From a virus, in IMG/VR virus record IMGVR_UViG_3300046737_000169, positions 9,765-73,764 of that record: 64,000 bases of DNA. One strand, given 5' to 3'. Under the pieces are notes generated by a model, which saw only the letters and a list, made by a program, of their open reading frames with translations, did not search any database and was not told where the DNA came from. Shown here one piece after another: positions 1-12,300 of this stretch. Within the stretch, counting starts at the first letter, position 1. Every line of letters starts with the position of its first letter. The position numbers and the translations under genes were made by a program.

Positions 1-595
1 GGGCCTGGGCGCGGCTTCCGAGCTTGGCAAAGCGGGTCTCGGCGTCGAAGAGGGCGCCGCGCAACGCGCCCAGCAGCAGCGCCAGTACGGCACCACGCTG
101 GGGACCGAGATGGCGACCGGCATCGAGCGCGACACGCAGGCGCGCAAGGCGGCGAACACGATGGACCGCCAGGCGCAGGTACGGGCCAACCAGGGCCAGC
201 GTTATGGGCAGGGCATGGGCATCCAGGAAGCCAAGAGGAGCGGCGCCCTGCAAGTGGCCGAAGGCAAGCGGGCGGACCAGCGCGAGGCGCGCAACTGGCT
301 CAATACCTCGACGGCGCAATCAGCGGCTGAAGAGCAGGCCGACTACGATCGCGAGCACAACGCTTACTCGCAGCAGGGCGGGCAGATGCAGGGCACCACG
401 CAGGCACAGGCGAACCGCGATGCGCAGCCGAAGTGGTACGACAAGGTGATCAGCGCCGGTATCGGAGCCGTAGGCGCTGCCTCTGGGGCTGGCCTCATAG
501 GCGGTGCGACGAAGGCAGCAACGAAGATAGCTCCTACCGTCGCCAAGACCGCCTTCAAGAACTACGGATACGATCCCTACGGCGATCGCGGGTAA
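1..595 (+). CDS. 5'-truncated putative ejection/pilot-type virion protein
   Basis: Frame is open from base 2 through the ATG at 110; Q/A/G-rich with C-terminal GIGAVGAASGAGLIGG segment; lies upstream of the giant internal virion gene. Confidence 0.6.
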   Translation, partial: GLGAASELGKAGLGVEEGAAQRAQQQRQYGTTLGTEMATGIERDTQARKAANTMDRQAQVRANQGQRYGQGMGIQEAKRSGALQVAEGKRADQREARNWLNTSTAQSAAEEQADYDREHNAYSQQGGQMQGTTQAQANRDAQPKWYDKVISAGIGAVGAASGAGLIGGATKAATKIAPTVAKTAFKNYGYDPYGDRG

Positions 596-607
596 GGAAA
601 GGAAAAC

Positions 608-1762
608 ATGCCAACCAACTGGGTAAACGATCTACCTCCGGCGGCTCAGGCTCCGACTCAGGGGCTGGCTCCAAAACCTCCAGGGATGCAGCAGCCGCTG
701 ATGGGCCAGGGGCAGCCAAGGCCCAGGCCGATGGGACGCGCGACGGGCCAGCAGGGCCCTCCCGGTGGTGGCGGCGCTCCAGGCGCCGGACGCTGGTGGC
801 AGAATCCCGGCAGCGCGGTACGTCCTCCCGTGGGTGCGCCTCCCGGCGCTCCTCCGGCTCCGGCCCAGCAACCGGCGGCACCGCCCCCCGCGGCTCCAGC
901 CGCTGGAGCACCTCCGGCCCCGTACAACGCCGGCGCCCGTTTCAACCAGCCTCCTGCGGCGGCTCCCGCACCGGCCCCCGCCGCCGGGGCACCTCCGGCT
1001 CCGGCTCCGTACAATGCCGGTGCGCGATTCCAGCAACCGGCTGCGCCTCCTCCAGCCGCTGCACCTCCAGCGCCGGCTCCGGCGCAGGGCACCTCCCTCC
1101 AGGCTGCGCCTTCCGAAGGCAATGCCTCCCAGGCGTGGGCGGCGGCGATGCAAGGCGCCGGCAGGAACTTCGCCGGAGTGGACCCGGACAGGGCACGGCT
1201 GGATCAGATGAGCCGGATGGATGCCGCCAGGAACCCGAACGCCAGTATGTATGGCAATCCAGGCGGAATGGACCGGCCGGATATGCGGCCTGAACCGGGA
1301 GGGGATGACCGAGTGTACAGCACCGTGCAGGACCGCGATCCTGGCATGTCTGGCGGCGGCAGTTCTATCCGAGCCTGGGGACCGGGCGAGGGCGGACCCG
1401 ATGCGAGGAATCGCATGGCCCAGATGATGGAGCAACAGGATTACAACCGCCGGAGCCGCGCTTTCGGGCCGAAGCCCCCGGCTGGCGTAGCCTCCTACGG
1501 CGTGGCTCCGATGGGTGGAGGCGAGTTGGCCGACGCCGCGGGAAGCCGTGGCTCGGAGGTAGACAACGAGCGCGCGGCAGCCGAGCAGCAGCAGGAGCAG
1601 GCGGATCTACCGCAACCCGAGGCTCCTGCGCCGGAGGGCAGCATTGACCCTGGCCGTGCTGCGATGGGCCTGGGGCGTGGCCTGCCTCCTCCCCGGCGGT
1701 CCATGATGATGCAACGGCGGCCGATGCCGATGGGACGAGGCCGAGGTCCAGCTTTCTACTAA
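608..1762 (+). CDS. Pro/Ala/Gly-rich putative internal virion protein
   Basis: AAGGAAA RBS before ATG; repeated PYNAGARF; tight operon spacing. Confidence 0.6.
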   Translation: MPTNWVNDLPPAAQAPTQGLAPKPPGMQQPLMGQGQPRPRPMGRATGQQGPPGGGGAPGAGRWWQNPGSAVRPPVGAPPGAPPAPAQQPAAPPPAAPAAGAPPAPYNAGARFNQPPAAAPAPAPAAGAPPAPAPYNAGARFQQPAAPPPAAAPPAPAPAQGTSLQAAPSEGNASQAWAAAMQGAGRNFAGVDPDRARLDQMSRMDAARNPNASMYGNPGGMDRPDMRPEPGGDDRVYSTVQDRDPGMSGGGSSIRAWGPGEGGPDARNRMAQMMEQQDYNRRSRAFGPKPPAGVASYGVAPMGGGELADAAGSRGSEVDNERAAAEQQQEQADLPQPEAPAPEGSIDPGRAAMGLGRGLPPPRRSMMMQRRPMPMGRGRGPAFY

Positions 1763-1768
1763 CTACTT

Positions 1769-3361
1769 ATGGCTTACGGCGCGCCAGCATACACACCTTG
1801 GGAAGAAGACCCGCTCAATCCGAACGCTCTCGTCTCGCGACCCGGCCTTAAGCCGCTGGGCCCGCGTCCGGTGGGCGGGCTGATGGGTCCAAATCCCGGC
1901 TTCGATCCCGCGCAACAGACCATGCCGATCGACGGAAGCATGGGCGCTGGCCTGCCTGAAGTTCCCGCTGGTCCCGCCGTGCCGGCGCTGCCTCGTTCAA
2001 TGAAGCAGGATGACTGGATCTCGGCTCCGAACCCGGTTCTCGGCGATTGGAGCAACGCTCTCTCGCGCCGCGATCAGATCATCAAAGAGAAGCCTCTGCT
2101 GCACGATAAAGAATACGACATGCCTACGTGGCAGAAGGCGCTGATGACCGCCGCCAATGCCGCCGGGGCGTACGTGAACGCCGGACGCCGGACCCATGTC
2201 GATCTGATCGATCAGAAGACCTTGATGCGCCGCCCGAAGTTCGAGCAGGCGATGGACATGTGGGAGACCAAGGGCAAGGCGATCGACGCGGAGTTGCAGG
2301 GCATCCAGGCCAAGTACGGATTGCAGCGCCAGGCGAGCCAGGACGACCTGGCTCAGCGTCAGTTCAAGCGCCAGCAGGAGGTCTCGCAGGCGCAGATCGA
2401 AGAGACGCTGGCGCAGGCCGAGCAGCGGCGCAAGCTCGCCAACGCGCCGCAGAAGCCATTCGCCGACAGGTGGGGCACGATCAACCCGGAGACCGGCGAG
2501 TACTTCAAGCCGCCGGCCTGGGCGATGCCGCAGCCCAAAGCGCCGCCCACTCCCCACAACGCAACCGCGGAGGACAAGTGGTTCACCGGCACGCCGGAGG
2601 AGAAAAAGTCCGCGTTGGAGTGGAAGAAGGCCACCATGCGCCCGCGCGGCGAGGGCACTCAGGGCGCCCTGACCACCCTGCAGACGCTCAACCGGCAGGA
2701 CAAGATCGACAAGAAGGTCGAAGCGATCGACGAGGCCGAGCGCGGCAAGGCGGTAGGCCCCGGTGGAGACCGGGTTCCCGGCCTGCACGAACAGGCGAAG
2801 AAAGTCGGCCAGTTGATCGCCAAGGCCCCGCCGGGCGCGGTTCCAGAAGACCTGGTCAATCAGTTGAACCAGATCAAGCAGGAACTCGAGGCGGGCTACA
2901 AGTACAAAGCGTCCGTGGGCGCCATCACGCAGAAGGAAGCCGATTCCTACATCCAGGGGCTCCATAAGGATTGGAAGCCTTGGGAGAAGACGGAAAAGCC
3001 GGCAGTGAAACCGGAAACGAAGAAGACCGACACCTCCTCGGTGGCCGGTGCGCCGAAGCCGCCGCCAGCACAGCCCGCAGCGGCACAAACGGCAGCGCCT
3101 GGACCGTCCGCGAAGGAAACCTTCGAGAAGGTCTTCCAGAATGAGACCATCCCGCCTATCCCGGCCGCGCAGCAGCCAGCCAAGCCGCCCACGCCCACCG
3201 GGCCGGCTGGTCCTCCACGGCCTCGCGGTGGAGAGTACGGGGCTCACAACGAGCCCAAGGTGACCATCGAATTTAACGGGACGAAGTACATGATTCCCCA
3301 GTCCCAGGTGGCGGCGGCGCTTGCGGAGAACAAAGGCGCGCGGGTTGTACCAGCGCAGTAG
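1769..3361 (+). CDS. putative ejection/internal virion protein with coiled-coil centre
   Basis: 530 aa, GC3-biased codons, Gln-rich coiled coil, immediately before the giant gene. Confidence 0.65.
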   Translation: MAYGAPAYTPWEEDPLNPNALVSRPGLKPLGPRPVGGLMGPNPGFDPAQQTMPIDGSMGAGLPEVPAGPAVPALPRSMKQDDWISAPNPVLGDWSNALSRRDQIIKEKPLLHDKEYDMPTWQKALMTAANAAGAYVNAGRRTHVDLIDQKTLMRRPKFEQAMDMWETKGKAIDAELQGIQAKYGLQRQASQDDLAQRQFKRQQEVSQAQIEETLAQAEQRRKLANAPQKPFADRWGTINPETGEYFKPPAWAMPQPKAPPTPHNATAEDKWFTGTPEEKKSALEWKKATMRPRGEGTQGALTTLQTLNRQDKIDKKVEAIDEAERGKAVGPGGDRVPGLHEQAKKVGQLIAKAPPGAVPEDLVNQLNQIKQELEAGYKYKASVGAITQKEADSYIQGLHKDWKPWEKTEKPAVKPETKKTDTSSVAGAPKPPPAQPAAAQTAAPGPSAKETFEKVFQNETIPPIPAAQQPAKPPTPTGPAGPPRPRGGEYGAHNEPKVTIEFNGTKYMIPQSQVAAALAENKGARVVPAQ

Positions 3362-3367
3362 AGGGAA

Positions 3368-6300
3368 ATGGCTGATAACCCATTTGCCAAATATGGCGGT
3401 GTCCTGGTAGCGGACGGCGAGGACGAGAACCCGTTTGCCAAGTACGGCGGCGTCAAGGTTGTAGGCCCGCCCAGGCCACATGTCGAGCCTACGCCAACCG
3501 GGCCTGCTCCTGCGCCCTGGATCACCGCCGATAAGGTTCCAGGCGCCGAGCTTACCGGGCTCCCCGGCGTACAGAAAGTCCCGGCTCCATACGATCTCGG
3601 CGGTCCTGGCCGAGGTCCAGGCGCCGCGCCGCCGATCAGCCCGCTCCAGCAGCCGACGATGCGCGCTGCGACACCGCGCTCGGTCCCTGATTACCTGTCC
3701 ACAGAAGGCATCACCGGCCTGCCGTACCCTGGCTCCGGCGGGGTGGTCCCGCCCGAGCCGTACGCTCCTCCTCTGCCCAAGGACGCCGGCCTCGGCGAGC
3801 GCGTCTGGAGAGGCGTAACCGACGAAGGTTGGACGCAAGTTCAAGACTCGATCGCTTCTGGAACCCAGGTGGTGGGGCGGAACATCGATCGAGCCTTTGG
3901 TCCTGGGATGATCCGCAACGCGGGCGATAGGCTCGCCCAGTACGGCGAGGAGTTGGAGTCTGGGCGCGAGTACACGCCGCCCGCCGTAAACCTGGAAGAC
4001 TGGCTCGCCAAACCCGATCGGTCTGTCGGCGACCTCGCGACGATGGTCATCGAGGGCGGCGCGAGAACCCTGCCCAACATGCTGGCAACGGTTGGAGCGG
4101 GCATGTTGGTTCCCGGCGGCGGCGCCGTACTCTCCTACCTGATGAACTCCGGGGAGATCTTCGATAGCCAGGTTAAGGAGGGAATCCACCCTGAGCAGGC
4201 GGCGAAAAACGCGGCGGTCTGGGGCGTCCCGGCCACGATGCTGGACTACTTCGTTCCAGGGGACATCATCAAGGCTATCAAGGCGAATCCCAAGCTGCCA
4301 GCGGAGCTTAAGAAGACCCTCTACAAGCGCGTAGTGGATTTCGCCAAGGGCACCGGCACCGAGATGTTCACCGAGGGCGCCCAGAACGTCAACCAGGATC
4401 TTGCCATGTCGCAGGCGACCGGGAAGCCGATGGACTGGCGGAAGACGGGCGTAGGGGCCGCCGAGGCCGCGCTCACGGCGGCCGGCCCTGGCGCTGTCGG
4501 CCATGTGATGGAGAGCGTCGGCGAGCGCACGCCCGCCCTGGACGACGTATTGGGCGGCGGCGAACTGGCCGACTACATGCGGAAACGGCAGGAGGCCGGT
4601 TTCCAGCCTCTGGAGCAGCCGCAGCCGGAGGACGACGGCGGAACGCCTCCTCCTCCAGGAGCGCCTCCCGGTGCTCCCCCAGGAGCGCCTCCTGGGGCAC
4701 CTCCCGGCGCGCCACCGCCAGGCGCAGGCCCGTTCCCGCCTCTCCATACGCAACCGCCGCCAACCGAGCCTGGAACGATACCGACGACCGAGCCTGGGGC
4801 TCCCGACCAGACACTGCCTCCCGAGACGACGCCCGGCACCGGCGAGGCGCCTCCCCCGCCCCCTCCGGTACTGCAGGGCGAAGAGCTCTACCAGGCCGCG
4901 ACCGCCCACGTTGCCGACATCGCCGGGATCGAAGCGCCCGAGCTTGCCGCGGCGCTGGGTGTTACGCCGAAAGATGCGCAGGCGGTCCTGGAGCGCATGG
5001 TGCAGGAGGGCGCGTTCACTCCCAAGGTTCTCAAGAACGGCGGCATCTCTTACGTCAATCTACGGCTGAAGCAGGAGCGCGGCGGCATATCGCCGGTCAC
5101 CTCGCCGATCCAGAAGGGCCAGGCCGAACCGCCGCCGCCTCCAGGACCAGGAGTGCAGCAGGAGCCGCCGCCGCTGCCGACGCAGCCACCAGCGCCACCG
5201 CAGGAAGACGTTTCCCGTGGAACAGAAGAAGACGTTCCGCCGCCCGAGGTAAGAACCGAGGAGCCGAAGCAGCCCGTCCCAGACGAGGCGGCGGCCAAGC
5301 GTCAGGCGTTCATCCGGAACCGCTACGCCAACAAGCCGGAGAGTTGGTATGGAACCCTCGAAGGCGAAGGCCCCCGGCCTGAGTGGAACGACTTTGTGGA
5401 GCGCTTCGCCCGCAGCGATTACGGCGCCGACCTCCAGGAGGAAGCCAAGCGGGCCATCCAGGAGTTCCGCGGGCTCGAGCCGCCGTCCGATTCAATTCAG
5501 CAAGGAAAGGAGCCAGGAGAACAAGGAACCGCACCAAAGCCGCCAGCATTGGAGCGGGCGCCGCCGCCTGCTCCAGCGGCTCCCGAGGAGAAGGAGCCCA
5601 TCCCGTCGAGCCCAGAGGGCCGGCCTGTTCCGCCGGAGCATCCCAACGCAAAGCGGGAAAAGGTCTTCACGACGGCAGGCCGCGAAGTGCCTATCCGCTA
5701 CGAGATCCGCGAGGCAGACGACCTCGTCAACTCGTTCGAGCCTAACTATCCGCAGGAGTATCAGCCGCGCGACACCGAGCGGATCGGCACCGAGCAGCGG
5801 GTCAAGCAGCGCCAGAGCGACATGAGGCCGGAGCTATTCGCCGAGTCTCCGCTCGCCTCCGATGGCGCCCCGATCGTCCTGCCGGACGGCACGGTCATCA
5901 CCAGGAACCACGGGTCAGAAGCGCTCAAGCGGAACTACCGCGAAGGCTCGCCCAAGACCGCCGAGTACAAGCAGTGGCTCGCAGACAACGCGGCCCGCTT
6001 TAACTATTCACCCGAGCAGATTGCCGGGATGCAGCAGCCCATCCTGGTCCGCGTGATGGAGGGGAATGTCCCGGTCAGTGAGGTGATCGAGTTTGCGGGC
6101 GAAGCCAACGCGCCCAGCGTAGCCAAAATGAGCGAGGCCGAAATCGCCCAGCACATGGCTAAGAGGATGACGGGCGCCGTGATGGAAGCGTTTCATCCGA
6201 CCGAGGACGGCAAGCCCAACATCGAGTTCGTACGGGAACTGATCAAGGGCCTCACCGTCGAGGACCAGGCTACCTTCATCGACCGCAACGGCAAGCTCTC

Positions 6301-9300
6301 GCAGGAGGGCGCCAAGATCGTCCGGAACGTCATCTTCGCCAAGGCATACCCTGACATGCGCGCGATCGAGCGCATGGCCGAGACCGAGGACGCCAGCCTC
6401 CTCAACGTGACCAAGGGGATGCTCTTCTCGGCACCCAAGGTTGCCATCTTCCAGGATCTGGTTGACCGCGGCGAGCGCTTCGATCTCGGCATTGGCCAGG
6501 ACATCATCGACGTACTCAACATCCTCGATCAGATCTCGCGCGAGGGCAGCAGCATTCCGGAATGGAAAGCCCAGCAGAGCATGTTCGGGCGCGATCCGTT
6601 CCTGATCCGGCTCCTCGACATCGTCTCGGAGAACACCAGATCGGCCAGGAGAATCTCCGATGTCTTCATAGCCTACGCGGAAGTAGCCGATGCGGCCGGC
6701 TCTCCCAAGCAGGAGACGATGTTCGGCCCGCCGGAGATTCCCGGCAAGTTGGAGATACTGGAGACTGCGCATGAACGGGCAAAAGAGCAATGGGCGGCCA
6801 AGCCTAAACGGCGAGACCCGGCGACCGGCAAACCCATCGAAGAAGGCGGGCCCGAGGAACAGGCGAAACCCGCAAGTGATGGAGTGGCTAAAGGACCGGA
6901 TGAAGACGTACGACCCGAAGTACTTCGGGAAGGACCAGCCAAACCAGGAGCCCCCGGCGCCCAGCAGCCTGGAGGAGTAGAAAAAGGAAAAGGCGTACGC
7001 CGCCGGGATCGGCGGCGAGCTATAGACGCCGATGGCAAGTGGCAGGATGACACCCTCGCCGATATCCCCGGATTGACCGCGCAGGCAACGTTCAAAGAGC
7101 CAGGGGTAAGCGGCGTCGTCTGGGTGAACTACGACGGGATGCGCGTAGTGGAAGCCGCGCTGAACGAGCCGCCGCTGAACGGCATCGCACTTGACGACGT
7201 GGGCGTGGTCGACCTCATGTCGGCGCTGGAAGCGCGCCTCGCCGAAGACGGCCTGTACGAGGAAGAGCGTGCCAAGCTCCAGGAGTTTCACGACCTACTG
7301 AGCAAGCACCGCGAGAAGGTAGGGCCCGGCGCCGGTGTCGAGATCGTCATGGCCGATCCCACGGTGAATGCAGACTTCATTGGGACGGCCCGCGAAGAGA
7401 AGCTGCACGCCGCCCAGCGTCAGGCCAAGCTCTCGGACGAGACCATCGAAGACCTGATGCTTGAGCCGGAGTTCCACGAGGCATGGGGATGGCTTGAGGA
7501 TCACGGCTATCCTGATATTGACGCCAAGGGCGCATTTGAAGAGATCACCGCCAAGGTGCTCGCCGGCCAGGCAATCGGGCTCACCGAGGCCCAACGCATC
7601 AAGGTTGCCAAAGCCTACCGCAATGCGCTGATCGCGGCGCATGGCGCCGAGGCTATCGTTTTATTCCGATACATCAAGTCAGGTGAAGTGAAGGAGACGT
7701 TCCGTGGCAGAGAAGCAAAAGAGGAAGGTGCTGGACGCGCCGCCGGAGTTCAGTCGGAAGGCGGTGTCGAACTTCAACGCGGCCCAACTGGCGGCCGCGA
7801 GGGCGAAGGAGAAGGGGGAGGACGAGGACGCGGCGTTCGAGAAGTCGCTGAAAGCGAGTTGGGCGGAAAGCGCGGGGAGCAAACCAAAATCGAATTAGAG
7901 GAGCAGCCCGACGACCGGGCGATCCTCCAGGGCGAGCGTCTGACCGCAGGCTTCAACGCTCCGCTCACGCCGGAAGAGAAGCGCGCCAAGCTCAAGCCCG
8001 CCAAGGTCGAGCAGACGAGTATGTTCGGCGGCGAGGAAGAGCCCGCCGAGCGCCAGGGCCGGCTGTTCGCCAAGCGCCAGCATGAGTTCGAGGCGCCGGG
8101 GCGCCTGGTCACCTCGAAGACAGCCGAGGAGTTCGGCTCCACCGACATCCTGATGCCCGGCGAGGGCTTCCGTTTCCCCGAGGCGGTGAAGCGGGCCGCC
8201 TCGCTGATCAGGAAGTACCCAGGCTTCCGCGGCAAAGGGCTCGCCAATCCCCAGGCGGTCATCGACGACTTCGTCAAGCAGATCCGCGAGAACCTGGTCT
8301 GGCTCCACGACAAGTACCGGGAGCAGCACGGCGATCTGATCAAGCGCGCCAAGCTCTGGTACGACGGCGGGCGCAAGATCGCCGAAGGCTTCGCCAAGGA
8401 GGCCGGCGTCAAGCCTCACCAGTCCGCCGCGGTCATCGCCGTCCTCTCGCCGAAAAAAGACTGGTTCATGAACGTGGACCTGGCGCGGCGCATTCATCAG
8501 TTCATGGGCATCGCCGACACCGTGAAGTGGTCCGACAAGATGGACGCCGGGTATCGGGCCATGCAGAAATCCAAGGCCAGGAGCGATGCCAGTTCCATCA
8601 AGAAGGCCGCTGCGAAAGGGAAGGTCTTCACTCCCAGCAAGACACTCCCTAACGCCTACCGGCGGATTCGCGGGAAGGCTTTCAGCGAGATCACCAACGC
8701 GCAGGACCGGGCCTACTATCTGCGCATGTGGGACGAGGGCCACAATAGCCGGGACTTCAATGTCCTGACGCCCGAGGGCGAGTCGCGCGGCGTGGCGCGC
8801 AACAAGAAGGACACCGCCAACTCGAAGGTGGTCTGGGCCGGGTACGACGCGATCCGGAAGGCCATGTCGGTTCTCGAGGACGGTTCGGTGGAGAACATCA
8901 GCAAGCGCCTGGGCAACCGGCACAAGGTGCGCTCGTTCTACAACAACATCCTCGATCCCAACTCGAAGAACCTCCACGTCACCATCGACACCCATGCGGT
9001 GTCGGCCGGGCTGCTGCGGCCGCTTGGCGAGAGCGACCCGGAGGTCAAGCACAACCTGGGCGCGCTCTCGGTGGTAACCGGCGAGGCTCCGACCTACGGC
9101 CTGTTCGCCGAAGGCACCAGGGACGCAGCCAAGGACCGCGATCTGATCGCCCGCGAGATGCAGTCGATTACCTGGGAGGCGGTGCGCGGCCTGTTTTCCG
9201 GCGGTTTCAAGAACGACGCCAACAGAAAAACGCTTGCGGCGCTCTGGCGGGACGTTGCGCAAGGTAAAATAACGGCTGATGAAGCGAGAGAGCAAATCTT

Positions 9301-12300
9301 CAAGCTCGCGGGAGGCATTGATCGACCAGCTTGGGCAGATCGACTCCCCGATTTTGGAGGACATGATCGAGGAGGGCGCGCCGCTGACGCGCGCGGAGTA
9401 CCTGGCGAGGGCGTACCCGGAGCAAGACCCGGAGGAGCCGATGGACTCCGAGCTAGAGGCCGAGATGCCGGCGCTGTTCGTACACCCGGACCTAAGGAAA
9501 GATCTCGGCCTGGACGACAGCGAAGCGTAAGAGGCGAGCCGGTCCCCACCGGCAAGACGGTCGAGGCCCAGACCCACGCCGCCACCGGCGGCAGATTCCC
9601 AGACATCATCCGCTTCTCCGATGACCTGAAGAGGGCGATGGATGGCCTCGTCTTCCACAGCGAAAGCAAAGCGGACCGGAAGGCCGGCAAGCTCGCGGCT
9701 GGTTTTAAAACCGGGACGTGGTACATCAACCGGCGCGGGCTGAGCCTGCTCGCCAAATGGACAGGCTCCGACATGGTCGCGGGAAGCTCGTTCCCGGCCA
9801 GTACGGTCCCCCTTCTCATCAAGGTAATCGACGAGGATATTGCGTGGATACAGGCCCGCAAGCCGCTCACCCCGCAGGGCCTCGCGGAGATAACCAGGCT
9901 CCGCGACCGGCTGGAAGCGTGGGAGAAACTCCCGAAGGCGACGCCGGACGAGTCGGTGAACTTCTCCTTCTTTGAGCAGGGCGAAAAACGGCACCCTGCC
10001 ATGCGCGCGACGATCTCCGAGGAGGCGATACATGGCTTCCAGCGCCTGGCGGCACTCAAGGACGCAACCATCGACGCCCTGATGGATACCGACCTGTTCA
10101 AGCGGGCCAAGCAGACGCTCCAGAGGAACGGTTTGTACGCCGGCAAAAACAACCGTTCGGTCCTCATGGAAATCACCGCGAAGATCCTGGCGGCCGATCC
10201 GGATTACGCCCCCCATATTCCCGAGTTGTTCCGCCTGCATATCGTCAAAGCCTACCGGGATGCGATCGTTGCCGAGCACGGCGAGGACGGGATCGTTGTT
10301 TTCCGGTACATCAAAAAAGGCAAGGAGAAGGATGTCTTCCAGGGGCGGATGCAACCGCCCATGCCCACCAGACCCGGTGCGCCTACGACCGGGCCGCGGG
10401 CACCGCCGCCGCCGCCACGGCCGTCTCCAACCGCTCAGCCGGTCTGGACGCCCACGGGCAGGGCGACGCAGGCGCCCTTCGACTTCACCAAGAAAGATCC
10501 TTACGCGGGCACTACGCCCTCGCCCACGGCCAAGCCGAGTACTTCGCCCACGCGCAAGCCGGTGCAGCTTCCGCTGTTCCAGCAACTGAAGAAGGCTGGC
10601 CTGTTCGCCAGGATTGTCGAAGCGGGCAGGCGGGCGGACGAGCGGCTCCGCAAGGCCGGCATCTACTCCGGCGCCACGCTGAGCGCCAACCGGTTCCTCG
10701 ATCCGAAAGTCATCCGCGACATGGCGATCTCGATCGCCGGCTCGGTTGCTCAGGGCGTCATCGATGCGAGGAACTTCACCTCGTCGATCACCGATAAGTT
10801 CGGCAGCGGCGCCCGGCGCGTAGCTCGTCAGGTGTACCGCCGCGCGCAGGGGCAGATGAGGCACGCCGCCTCGACCGGGACGCTGAACGCACGCACGCTC
10901 GGACCCAATGCCGTGCAGGCCGCCTCGATCGGCGTGCCGCCTCCCACGACGGCGGTCGCCACCACCACGCCGCAGCAGCAGGCCGCGGCCGCCCTGGATC
11001 AGCGCGAGAAGGAAATCTGGGAGCGGATGATGCCGGCCACCAAGACCGGCGAAGACAGCCTCCTTGAGAAGGGCAGGAAAGGCTGGCAGAGCTTCAAAGC
11101 CTTCTTCGACCGGCAGTACTTCCACCTGGCTCACGGCGCCAGGTTCGCCGAGCTCCGGCAGCGCCTCAACTTCGTGGCCAAGAGCCAGGGCACGTCCCAG
11201 CACAAAGCGGCCCAGGCCATCATCGATCAACTCGAGAAGCTCGACGAGAAGGAGTACATCCAGTTTTTGAAGGTGGTGGTCTACAACGACATGTGGGCGC
11301 GCGTCATGCAGCAGACCGCCGAGGGCACGCCGGTGCTCGACAAGGATCTGTGGTGGGGCATCAAGGACAAGCACGAGCTAGCCAATGTGCGGGCGAAGGT
11401 GCGCGCCGATGCCAGGGCCAATCCCAAGGTGACCGCCGCGCTCGATATGCGCCAGCAGATGTGGCCCAACATTCGCAAGGAATACATCGCCGCCATGAAG
11501 AAGGCCGGCGTCGACGTATCGAAGAGCATCAAGCGCAAAGACTACTTCCGCCATCGCGTCATGAAGCACCAGGATGCCAAGATGGCGGGCAAGGGCGGCG
11601 GCTCGCGCTTCAAGCTGCCTACCGCGCGCGGCTGGCTGAAGAAGGCCCAGGTCAACATCCACGACTACTCGCTCGACTACATCCGCTCGGAGTTTGAAGT
11701 CCTCAACGAGATGATGTACGACACCGCACGGGCCAAATTTATCGGCTGGCTGAAGGACGAGAGCGGACACAACATCGACAAGCAACTCATGCGCCAGGCG
11801 GCGGCGCACAACAAGGCCGTCATCATGCCGACCTTCGCGCGGATGGCGCGCTACTACAACCGCAAGAACCGCGGCCGCGGCGTCTCGCTGATGACCGCCG
11901 AGTCGATGTACCAGAAGATGATGCGGCTCAAGCCGCGCGATCCAAGCTGGCGTAAGCGCCTCACCATGCGCCTGGCCGGCGCCGAGTATGTGGGGAGCCT
12001 GGAGAAGGCGCTCAATACGTTCGCCAAGGACACCCACGACATCTACCGGGCCAACGATAAGGACCACTTCTACCTGGCGGCCACGATCCCTGACGCGCTG
12101 GCGCGGGCGATCGCCGCCAACGGCACCGGCCAGGTGCTCGACACCCAACTGAAGAAGATCCTGGCCAAGGGCCAGCGCCAGGGGCAGATGGTGCTCCCCA
12201 AGGAAGTGGTCAAGACCCTGCAGGAGTTCATGCAGGGGCCGACGAGCGATGTCGGCAAATTCGTCGACTCCGTTTCCAGGTGGCCTCTCAACAAGTGGAA

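Noticed and set aside
5349-5825. +1-frame ORF with a GGAG upstream, as a fourth nested gene
   Set aside because: Mostly S/R/P/T shadow composition, and the main frame keeps normal codon bias over most of its length
10260-10589. +1-frame ORF after the second zincin-like repeat
   Set aside because: R/P-rich shadow of a Pro-rich main frame; SD spacing is only 4 nt
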